Shown here: positions 1-7,574 of the stretch, piece by piece
Layout: every line of letters starts with the position of its first letter
Numbering within the stretch: the stretch's first letter is position 1
From: a virus
Lineage: Duplodnaviria > Caudoviricetes
Virus record (IMG/VR): IMGVR_UViG_3300032007_000037
Span: 32,001-96,000 of that record
DNA length: 64,000 bases
Reading direction: 5' to 3' (one strand)
Program-made: the position numbers and the translations under genes
The notes under the pieces: model-generated
What the model was told of the DNA's origin: nothing
Databases searched by the model: none
The model's input: only the letters and a program-made list of their open reading frames with translations

Positions 1-51
1 GCTATCCTGATATAAAGATAGTAACAAATGTGTAGAGACTGATTAGTTTCA

Positions 52-137
52 GACTACTCCGGTGAATATTATTCATGCTATGGTAATACAAAGTAGTAGA
101 AAACTGTAGGTCACAGGTTCGAGACCTGTAGTAGGTA
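52..137 (+). ncRNA. degenerate tRNA-like RNA with 18-nt anticodon loop
   Basis: Acceptor GACTACT(52-58)/AGTAGGT(130-136) with one mismatch; T-arm ACAGG-TTCGAGA-CCTGT (113-129); stem CTATGGT(78-84)/ACTGTAG(103-109) closes an 18-nt loop; D-loop lacks GG. Confidence 0.5.
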
Positions 138-160
138 CGGATGGAGAAATGAAGGAAAGA

Positions 161-282
161 GATACATTAGCACAACTGGATAGTGACCCAGACCTTAAAT
201 CACTGTTCTTAACAGGGTCTTGCATGTTGTCGACAGTAGCAAGAGGTGCTGGGAGTTACAGGTTCGAATCCTGCATGTATCT
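161..282 (+). ncRNA. tRNA-like RNA with ~55-nt structured insert replacing the anticodon loop
   Basis: Acceptor GATACAT/ATGTATC; D-arm TAGCACAACTGGATAGTG; stem CCCAG/CTGGG encloses two hairpins (CTGTT-CTT-AACAG and TCTTGC...GCAAGA); T-arm ACAGG-TTCGAAT-CCTGC. Confidence 0.75.
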
Positions 283-287
283 CTGAT

Positions 288-368
288 GGAGAAATGGTGG
301 AAAGGTAGACACGTCAGATCTAAGCTCTGATACCGTAAGGTGTGTGGGTTCGAATCCCACTTTCCCCA
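288..368 (+). tRNA. tRNA-Leu(TAA), atypical C33
   Basis: Acceptor GGAGAAA/TTTCCCC (one mismatch); Leu-type D-arm GTGGAAAGGTAGACAC; anticodon arm TCAGA-TCTAAGC-TCTGA; long variable arm; GTGGG-TTCGAAT-CCCAC; A73. Confidence 0.75.
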
Positions 369-370
369 CA

Positions 371-462
371 AAGGAGGTATTGCATAGGAGATAAGACCAT
401 CAAAAGCAAGTCCGCAGAGAGGGCATCCATCCGAGCCAGGTATTATGCTTACCTCCTTTTTT
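371..462 (+). ncRNA. structured RNA/terminator between tRNAs
   Basis: AAGGAGGTA(371-379)/TACCTCCTT(450-458) plus GCATA/TATGC enclose ~55 nt; T-run follows. Confidence 0.45.
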
Positions 463-465
463 AAA

Positions 466-544
466 ATCTGTATGGTGGAATGGAAGACACGTTAGTTTAA
501 GAAACTAATGCTTATGCGTGCAGGTTCAAGTCCTGCTACAGACA
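466..544 (+). tRNA. tRNA-Leu(AAG)
   Basis: Acceptor (A)TCTGTA/TACAGA(C); D-arm GTGGAATGGAAGACAC; TTAGT-TTAAGAA-ACTAA gives anticodon AAG; variable arm; GCAGG-TTCAAGT-CCTGC. Confidence 0.7.
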
Positions 545-591
545 CTATTGTAGGTTATTTATGATTAGGTGATTATAATACTTTATTCATG

Positions 592-629
592 GGACTACTA
601 GTCAGTGATGATAGGTAGTCCTCTTTTTA
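592..629 (+). terminator. GTGA-tetraloop hairpin with internal loop and T-run (copy 1)
   Basis: GGACTAC-TA-GTCA-GTGA-TGAT-AG-GTAGTCC then TCTTTTT. Confidence 0.65.
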
Positions 630-654
630 TTATTAACATTTAATTTTTACTGTC

Positions 655-1290
655 ATGGAATTCAAAGTAGGAGATAAAGTAAGACTTAAACAAGATTTAA
701 TAGCAGGTCAAACATATGATGGCCTCACTTTACTGGCTCCAATGTACTTTTCAGATGTAAGAACAATATCTGCAATCTCAACAAATGGAAATTATTGGCT
801 TACAGAAGACCCCAGGGGTTTTTGTTATGCAGCAAAAATGCTTGAATACGCTCCTACTTACGAGTGTGGGGATATAGTTAAATTGTCAAGGCCTGAAGAA
901 TTACCATGTGATTACAGATATGGAATCAGTCCTATAAGAATAGATAATGGCGAAACTCTATTTGTAATTAAGGAAGTAAGAAAAAATGGACTTACAGCAG
1001 CCAGATCTGGAGAAGATGGATATGATTATAGATTATGCCGTATAAATGATACTGGAACAGTACTTGATATAGAGTTAAGAAGGATGTATTGGCTTTCATC
1101 AGGACTTAAATTATTTTCAAAACGCTTGCAATATGACTTCAGTATAGAACCTTGTCCTTCTCCTCTTACAAAGACTGATTTAGAAGCACCTTCTGAAAAG
1201 ACAAAAGGGGATTTAGGTTCTCGTGGGAATAAACTTGAATTATCTGTGCATAAGAAAGAGAGAAAACCCATCTTTAATTTTAAGAACTAA
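655..1290 (+). CDS. KOW/SH3-like paralogue 1 with conserved C-terminal basic-FNF tail
   Basis: N-terminal FKVGDKVRLK, internal repeat YECGDIVKL, C-terminal LELSVHKKERKPIFNFKN. Confidence 0.8.
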   Translation: MEFKVGDKVRLKQDLIAGQTYDGLTLLAPMYFSDVRTISAISTNGNYWLTEDPRGFCYAAKMLEYAPTYECGDIVKLSRPEELPCDYRYGISPIRIDNGETLFVIKEVRKNGLTAARSGEDGYDYRLCRINDTGTVLDIELRRMYWLSSGLKLFSKRLQYDFSIEPCPSPLTKTDLEAPSEKTKGDLGSRGNKLELSVHKKERKPIFNFKN

Positions 1291-1652
1291 TGGCTAGATA
1301 TAGAATAGGAGATAAGGTCTTAATTAAAAAAGACTTGGTCAATAGAAGATATTACGGAAATATCGTGTATTTAAACGCAATGTATATTAAAGGGCCTGTT
1401 ACCATAAGAGAAGTCCACTCTTCTAAGTACTATTTTATATATGAAAAAAAGTCATATCTGTATTCAGAAGATATGTTTGAACCTTATACTGCCCTTAATA
1501 TATTTCCTTTGCCCGAACAAATCAATAAAAGTATTCTAACTAAGATAAAAGAATATCTTTTCAGTTCCAAATCCAAGAAAACAATTCCTCTTATTCTTAA
1601 TGTAAATAAGCATAAACGTAAAATATTATTTAACTTTAGTGAATATGGGTAA
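1290..1652 (+). CDS. KOW/SH3-like paralogue 2
   Basis: YRIGDKVLIK ... LILNVNKHKRKILFNF; translationally coupled to neighbours. Confidence 0.8.
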   Translation: MARYRIGDKVLIKKDLVNRRYYGNIVYLNAMYIKGPVTIREVHSSKYYFIYEKKSYLYSEDMFEPYTALNIFPLPEQINKSILTKIKEYLFSSKSKKTIPLILNVNKHKRKILFNFSEYG

Positions 1653-2124
1653 ATATAAAATTGGGGATAAAGTACTTATTAGAAAAGGTTTAAAACCTGA
1701 TGAACATTATGGAGAAGATTATGTTCTATATATTAATAAAATGTACATAGAAGGTCCCGTTACTATAAAATCTTTATCCTGTTTTAACAATAGTTATTAC
1801 ATTCTAGAATGTCCTGAACATTGGCTTTATGCAGAAGAAATGCTCATGCCGTTTGAATCAGAGAGTCCTGTAGTAGAACTTAATAGAACCGATCTTTCTG
1901 TAAAAGCCGCTTCGCGTCTTGATAATGTTCTCACTGATGTGCTGGGAATAGATGATAGGGCCAGTGTCAGTCAAGTAAGCCATGTTCCTTATAAAAGTAT
2001 TGACAGAGAAGCTGAAAAGACAGAAGAAGAAGAGACATCCTATTTAGATTATTTGGAAAAGAATGCTCCCACTTTACAACTACATATAAAAAGTAAGCAG
2101 AAAGTGCAACTTAACTTTAAATAA
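1639..2124 (+). CDS. KOW/SH3-like paralogue 3 (probable start ATG 1645)
   Basis: YKIGDKVLIR ... LQLHIKSKQKVQLNFK. Confidence 0.8.
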   Translation: MNMGKYKIGDKVLIRKGLKPDEHYGEDYVLYINKMYIEGPVTIKSLSCFNNSYYILECPEHWLYAEEMLMPFESESPVVELNRTDLSVKAASRLDNVLTDVLGIDDRASVSQVSHVPYKSIDREAEKTEEEETSYLDYLEKNAPTLQLHIKSKQKVQLNFK

Positions 2125-2125
2125 T

Positions 2126-2530
2126 ATGGAATCGCAATTTAAAAAGGGGGATATTGTAACAATTCTTCCTATAGAAAACATTCCTCAAGAATATGTGGAA
2201 ATTTGCAAAACTCCAGCCAGAGAGAAGTATGCAAAACGTTTAGCAATTATAGATGATGTGCAATGGAATTGTTCTCCTGACAAGTTTATAGATGGCTATG
2301 GCTATCGTCTAATTGTTTTGATGGATAATCAAACTATAGAACTATGGCGCAGTGTACTATCTGTAGGATTAGTTAAATATGCTAATGCTTCTGATATCTC
2401 TATAGACTATAAGGCATACCCATTACAAGGCATTTCAGCATTAAATAGTATTAAACAAATAAACAATAAAGAAAAGCTTGTATTACAAGTAAATAAAAAC
2501 AAATCAAAACTTAAGTTTAATTTTAATTAA
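2126..2530 (+). CDS. KOW/SH3-like paralogue 4
   Basis: FKKGDIVTIL ... LVLQVNKNKSKLKFNFN. Confidence 0.8.
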   Translation: MESQFKKGDIVTILPIENIPQEYVEICKTPAREKYAKRLAIIDDVQWNCSPDKFIDGYGYRLIVLMDNQTIELWRSVLSVGLVKYANASDISIDYKAYPLQGISALNSIKQINNKEKLVLQVNKNKSKLKFNFN

Positions 2531-2538
2531 AAAACAGT

Positions 2539-2841
2539 ATGAAAAGAATTGTAGCAGCTTTCCAGAACAAGCTGGAAGCAATGAAGGCAGAGAGAAATGT
2601 TAAGCGTGTCTATCGTGCAATGGAGACAGCATCTGACAATGCAAAGGATAAGATTGAGGAGTTGGAAGGTCAGATGGCTGACTTAGTAGAGACTCTGCCC
2701 ACCTGTACAGATTTCAATGGCTTTATTCAGAAGTTGTCAGACCTGATTGAGGAGAAGGAGACCCAGCAGGTTGTTGTTGACCGTCTTGCTGCCATTGAGA
2801 AGTACCTCTCTGAGGATGTAAAGGTACAGGAGACCAAATAA
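2539..2841 (+). CDS. coiled-coil hypothetical protein
   Basis: 100-aa ORF, heptad pattern, A-rich start context. Confidence 0.75.
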   Translation: MKRIVAAFQNKLEAMKAERNVKRVYRAMETASDNAKDKIEELEGQMADLVETLPTCTDFNGFIQKLSDLIEEKETQQVVVDRLAAIEKYLSEDVKVQETK

Positions 2842-2885
2842 GCCCAAAATGGGATAATTAGTTTTTTCATAGTTTTTAAATTTCC

Positions 2886-2918
2886 CCCTATCCGTCTGTG
2901 AAGATAGATAGGGTTTTT
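2886..2918 (+). terminator. GTGA-tetraloop hairpin with 1x1 internal loop and T-run (copy 2)
   Basis: CCCTATC-C-GTCT-GTGA-AGAT-A-GATAGGG-TTTTT. Confidence 0.65.
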
Positions 2919-3055
2919 ATAAGTATTCAATTTACACATTTTTTCATATAAAGGCAGCACTTTTACATAGCGATGTAAGAATCTTTGAACTTTTTCTTTT
3001 AAAGTTATTCGTATTTTTAATTCTTTACAATTCTATTAAGTGCCGCCCCATATAA

Positions 3056-3135
3056 AGAGTAACTATTTATGTACAATAGGTTTATATAAACACCTCCTTT
3101 CCAAAATTTCACTATTAGTACATGAATGTTACTCT
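3056..3135 (+). ncRNA. long hairpin RNA displaying a 16S anti-SD-like sequence in its loop
   Basis: AGAGTAAC/GTTACTCT, ATTTATGTAC/GTACATGAAT and AATAG/CTATT stems; loop contains AACACCTCCTTTC (3089-3101). Confidence 0.55.
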
Positions 3136-3306
3136 GCCTAAAGAGAGTGAGGCTTGATACCGAGGATGCAGCTGAGGCAAGCATTATAAAGTAGAGATAT
3201 AACCGCTCGAAGCCACTCTGTTTTTCTTTAAATCAGGTGATGAAGTTATCATTTAAATAAGCTGAGAGAGGTTACTTAATAGTTTACTCAAAGCAGCCTG
3301 ATATTT

Positions 3307-3379
3307 GCTCCCTTAGCTCAGCGAATAGAGCATCTCACTTCTAATGAGAGGGTCATTGGTTTGAATCCAATAGGGAGTA
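3307..3379 (+). tRNA. tRNA-Arg(TCT)
   Basis: GCTCCCT/AGGGAGT; GCTC/GAGC D-stem; TCTCA-CTTCTAA-TGAGA; ATTGG-TTTGAAT-CCAAT. Confidence 0.9.
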
Positions 3380-3490
3380 CAAAAGAGACTGATTCTAAAG
3401 GTTTCTGAAAGGAGATAGTCACAATAACTAGGCCAGAGTGGGTAAACCAGATTGGACTGTATGAGTGACTATCTTCTTTCTTTTTATTGA

Positions 3491-3629
3491 GGAATTGATT
3501 GGTGGAACACTGAATCAAGAGAAGTACAGTGGAACAATGGCTCAGCAATCCTGTCTCTCTAAAAGTTCTCTTGAGCTGAAGGGACTGTATAGGTCTTATA
3601 GGAGAGTTCGATTCTCTCCACTTCCACCA
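3491..3629 (+). ncRNA. tRNA-like RNA ending in encoded CCA, with expanded anticodon domain
   Basis: GGAATTG/CACTTCC-A-CCA; T-arm GAGAG-TTCGATT-CTCTC; TCAAGAGAA(3515-3523)/TTCTCTTGA(3566-3574) closes a 42-nt loop; extended D-arm. Confidence 0.65.
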
Positions 3630-3661
3630 AATAGTTATTAACTTAAATTAATCATAGTATT

Positions 3662-4450
3662 ATGCAGAAATTAAACGTATTATTAGCATTAAGAGAGAAG
3701 CTAGCTAACCGTTATGCTAACATGGTTGGTGATTACACTGCTTTCTTCAAGAACAAACAAGGTGCTTTTCGTGGTGTTTTAAGAACCCATAGCCCTCTTG
3801 AGGGATATGCTGTAGACCCAACTAAGGTATCAAATGAGAGGGTCGTTACCACTGTCAATGAAAAGATGGATTGGTGGCTTAAAGAAGCTCTTGAGTATAT
3901 CAATACAGCACTTTCCATTGAAGCCAGTAATGGTGAAGGTGCAACTACCGTACCACTGGTATTTGAAGGAAAGACTTATGGCCCTTATCCTGCTACTGTA
4001 CTTCTTCGTCTTAGAGGTATTATAGAAAGTGATAAGTTGGCTCAAATGTTGGCTCAGATTCCTGTAAGAGAGGAAACTATCATATGGAAGCCTTCTACAG
4101 ATGAGGATTATCAGAAGAGGGGTAATATCTTTGAAAATGAGCGTCAGGAAGGTGAAACCAAGACTACTGAAACTCATGAAGAGATTCTCAAAGACCCAAA
4201 TCTTGATCCTAAGGCTCTTCCTTCCAACTATAGAGCACAAGTAACTCAAATTAAGAAGACTGTTAAGACTGGTGATTATACTGTTCAGTTCTTTACAGGT
4301 GAATGGACTCATCAGCAGCGAGCAAATCTTCTTAAGCGTAGAAGTGAATTACTTGATGCCATTAATGTTGCTCTACAGACTGTTAATGACAGAGATGCAG
4401 TTGAATGTAATGTTACAGAGCTTTTCAAGCATCTGATTTATGGTAAATAG
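3662..4450 (+). CDS. uncharacterised 262-aa helical protein, candidate partner of the downstream ncRNA
   Basis: Clean ORF embedded in the RNA island; long N- and C-terminal helices with a beta-rich insert; no catalytic motif recognised. Confidence 0.85.
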   Translation: MQKLNVLLALREKLANRYANMVGDYTAFFKNKQGAFRGVLRTHSPLEGYAVDPTKVSNERVVTTVNEKMDWWLKEALEYINTALSIEASNGEGATTVPLVFEGKTYGPYPATVLLRLRGIIESDKLAQMLAQIPVREETIIWKPSTDEDYQKRGNIFENERQEGETKTTETHEEILKDPNLDPKALPSNYRAQVTQIKKTVKTGDYTVQFFTGEWTHQQRANLLKRRSELLDAINVALQTVNDRDAVECNVTELFKHLIYGK

Positions 4451-4468
4451 AAATTTAAATTAAAATAA

Positions 4469-4757
4469 TTGACCTTAGCTTTAGCCTTATATTAAGCTTT
4501 ATCAAATCCTAGATAGAAAGCATTAATGTTGTGGTCAAAAGCATTATTCAGGTTGATTACAGTATATTACCTATCTGAAGACTACACAGTATCTTGCGAT
4601 ATAGGTTCGATTCCTGTCAGCCCCTCTAATATAACATAAATATGGGGCTGTGGTGTAATGGTTAGCATGTGAGGTTTTTCTAGCTTTAAGTTAAGTGGAT
4701 AGAATGTAATATACAAATGCTTTGGAGGTCAGTATGATGGATTTGTTCGCTGATCTC
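4469..4757 (+). ncRNA. large structured RNA with hexamer repeats and a circularly permuted tRNA-like domain (YrlA-like topology)
   Basis: T-arm 4601-4617, then CAGCCCC/GGGGCTG acceptor closed by a 19-nt linker, then D-arm TGGTGTAATGGTTAGCAT; nested helices CTATCT/GGATAG, GTATATTAC/GTAATATAC, AAGCATT/AATGCTT; TTGACC/GGTCAA loop holds TTAGCT-like hexamers. Confidence 0.75.
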
Positions 4758-4759
4758 TA

Positions 4760-4832
4760 AGCGGGGTAGCTCAATTGGTAGAGCAATAGTCGTGAAAACT
4801 GTGTGTTGTAGGTTCGATCCCTACCCCCGCTA
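4760..4832 (+). tRNA. tRNA with non-canonical anticodon loop (CGTGAAA, G33); identity undetermined
   Basis: AGCGGGG/CCCCGCT; TAGCTCAATTGGTAGAGC; ATAGT-CGTGAAA-ACTGT; GTAGG-TTCGATC-CCTAC; nominal anticodon TGA but no Ser long variable arm. Confidence 0.7.
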
Positions 4833-4839
4833 CTATTAA

Positions 4840-4941
4840 GGCAGAATGTGCGAATGGTATAGCAGTATTACTTTCACTCGATAGTAATATGGGATAAGAT
4901 TCTAGGAATTATCTATGGAGGTTCGAGTCCTTCTTCTGCCA
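4840..4941 (+). ncRNA. class-II tRNA-like RNA with 7-bp anticodon stem and 10-nt loop
   Basis: GGCAGAA/TTCTGCC-A; TATTACT-TTCACTCGAT-AGTAATA; long variable arm; GGAGG-TTCGAGT-CCTTC. Confidence 0.7.
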
Positions 4942-4981
4942 CAAAGTATGCTTGTCATACTGTTTAAAGGGTTTAGTTGCC

Positions 4982-5055
4982 GAATGCAGAGAATAAAGAC
5001 CTTACCGCTGAAAGTAGCGTAACTGGTTATAAATATTCTCTGCATTCTTTTTTTT
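4982..5055 (+). terminator. large-loop intrinsic terminator closing the RNA cluster
   Basis: GAATGCAGAGAATA/TATTCTCTGCATTC 14-bp stem followed by T8. Confidence 0.7.
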
Positions 5056-5074
5056 CACTTTAACGGCATCAAAA

Positions 5075-7369
5075 ATGATACAATATTCAGAATTAGTACA
5101 ATATATAAAAGACAATCATATCAATTGGAATACAGATTTATTTGATGTTCTAAAGGGTTTCTTTGAGAACAGAAATCAGATAACCCTCCCAAGTATACAT
5201 AACAATGTTCAAGCAAAACTAAATATAAAACCTCAGGATTTCTTTAAACAAGAGCCTTTTAAAGAACCAGATGACGGAGAATATAAAGACCAGGACTTAT
5301 ATAATTTATTTAACACATAAACCTTTTAAATTTAAACAGTATGTCAAAAGCAGAAGAACAAGCTATCAATGACATTAAGTCAGAGATTGAAGACAAAAAC
5401 AGTAAATGCTTTATCACTAAAAGCTTCATTAAGTTTAGACAATTCTTAAATCCAATAATGGATTGTCTGGTAGAGCAACAACTTGATGAACAGGAAAAAC
5501 TAAAACAGCAAAAATATGGAAGGAATCAGTAAATCTAGAAGACAGATTGTAGCTTCATGTTTTATATCCAAGTCTGGAAAACTTGAAGTAGTACGTTTTG
5601 ACAAATATGTACGCTATGAAGGTAACTACGGAAACACTCCTAGGAACACTTATTAAAGGTATTCTAGGCTTATGTATAGCTATGGCTATTGCTTATTGTA
5701 TAGTTGCCATCTCTGCTGGAGATGGTATGTATGGACTTATAGAATTGATGTGGAATGTGTGAATTTAAAGAAGGTGATATTCTCGTTCCTATTGATAAGA
5801 CAAGAGGTTTTGACGAGATTAAGATTCTAAAAAGAGTAAATGACAAGTTCCACTGTAGAATCTTAAATGGAATAACCATAATATCAGTGCATATAGTGGA
5901 AATGATGTATAAGAGGAAGGGTGAATAGCACCTTTCCTCTTTTTTTCTAATTTAAATATAACTAAAATGAAAGAGCCATACACATGGTTAATAGCTATAC
6001 TATTAGCAGTGTTTATAATCTCAGTATTAACCTTTAAATCGGATGACTAATGACAACTATAGCTTTAATTATAATTATATTATTATTCTATATTGTAGGT
6101 GTTGTTTTAGCCTTAGCTGCTATAACAAATGCTAATCTGGAAGAATGTGATGAGCCTCCTATACCTAGAGATTTAGCATTGTTATCTTGGATATTCTTTG
6201 CAGTTATTCTTTTTGGAGCATTTACATGTTTCTTAGGAGAATATTTCGGAAGATATATAGATGACTTTTATTATTATCTACAAGATAAATTTAGGGAAAA
6301 CTCATAAAAACTTATAAGATATGATACTAATATATATTATTTGTTTAGTCTTATATATCGTAGCCTGTTATTGCCTTATACAAGGTAATTACTATGAAAA
6401 TAAACGTAAATGGAGCGGTTATGATAAAGCTGCTTATATGGCCAAACAACAATCAGAGTTTCTATATGGAGTAGGTATGAGTATACTGGTGGGATTAGTA
6501 ATATTTGGAGTATGGGCAATATCAATGATTGAATGATATGGATAAGATTACAAAGAAACTTTCTGATATTATATGGGAAGCAATAGGTATTCCCAAGACA
6601 AGAGAAGAAGTAGACACTTATGCTCAAAATGCAATTAAAGGCCTACTCAATGTAATAAATAAAGATACTCCTAAATGGAGACTTTGTACAGAAGATACTA
6701 TTATATTCAACTATGGTATTGTTCCAGTACAAAGGGGTAATAAGCTTTTGTGGACACACGAAGTTAAAAAAGGAGATCTCTACTTAACTCGCAAAGATTT
6801 ACTTAAACTAGGAAAAGAAGATGGATAATCAAATAGAGAAGTTTGACCCTTCTAAACTGATGGAAGGAGTTAAAGACCGAATAAAGGCAACATTTGTCAG
6901 TCTTATTCCAGATGATGCCTGGGAACAGATGTTGGAAAAAGAACTCTATGTCTTTACTACAGGTAGAATTGTCTCCCATCATGACATAGATTATGAGCAT
7001 AAGGACGAAAATGGGCATTACCTTTATACAGACTGGGAAGAAAGGATTCCTTATTCTGATACTCCGACTTATGATAACTGGGGTCATGTTAAGGAACCTG
7101 CTACAATTTCTCCTCTAAGAAGAATGATAAGAGATATTCTTTATGAAAGATTTCAACAAGACCTTAAAGAATTTCTCAACGAGGGTGATTATAAGCAAAC
7201 TTTTGACGAGCATGGTAAACCTGAAATATCCAAAGCTATTCAGGACATTCTTGTAAATAATGCAGATACCATGTTCCAAAGTTTCTTAGGTTCTGTTTTA
7301 CAGCAAGCATTTTGGAACTTTAAAGGCCAAATACAAGCATCTATTCAAACAGGTAATTTTCAATATTAA
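5075..7369 (+). CDS. run of small hypothetical genes (5075-5320, 5341-5532, 6050-6307 and 6321-6536 membrane proteins, 6529-6828, 6821-7369)
   Basis: Co-oriented, closely packed ORFs with A-rich starts; two carry two hydrophobic segments each. Confidence 0.65.
5911..5946 (+). terminator. intrinsic terminator
   Basis: AGAGGAAGGGTG-AATAG-CACCTTTCCTCT then T-run. Confidence 0.75.
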
Positions 7370-7574
7370 TATGAGTTGGTATGATGATTGGAAGGATGAT
7401 CAAGAAGCATTACATGATAATACTGAACTTGACCATCTTGCAAGTAACTTGATTGAAGTTGTTTATAAGAAAAAAGATAAACCTTCAAAAATAAGACGTA
7501 AGATATTCAAAAGGAAAGACAACTGTTAATTACAATATTACAGAAAAAAAACAAAGGATAACAAATAATATGGG

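Noticed and set aside
288-368. Amber suppressor tRNA (CTA within the loop TCTAAGC)
   Set aside because: The 5-bp stem places TAA at 34-36, and there is no sign of recoding.
2727-2870. Real - strand secreted peptide starting MKKLII
   Set aside because: It lies antisense to the 2539-2841 gene with no promoter seen; treated as an antisense tract, though not excluded.
4475-4528. CRISPR or mini-array
   Set aside because: Only degenerate hexamers; no repeat-spacer structure and no cas genes in the window.
4592-4674. Two-piece tmRNA
   Set aside because: No G3.U70 pair, no encoded CCA, a full D-stem is present, and no tag ORF or pseudoknots were recognised.
4840-4941. tRNA-Sec (TCA in loop, long variable arm)
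   Set aside because: 7-bp acceptor, 10-nt loop, A73, and no selenoprotein context.
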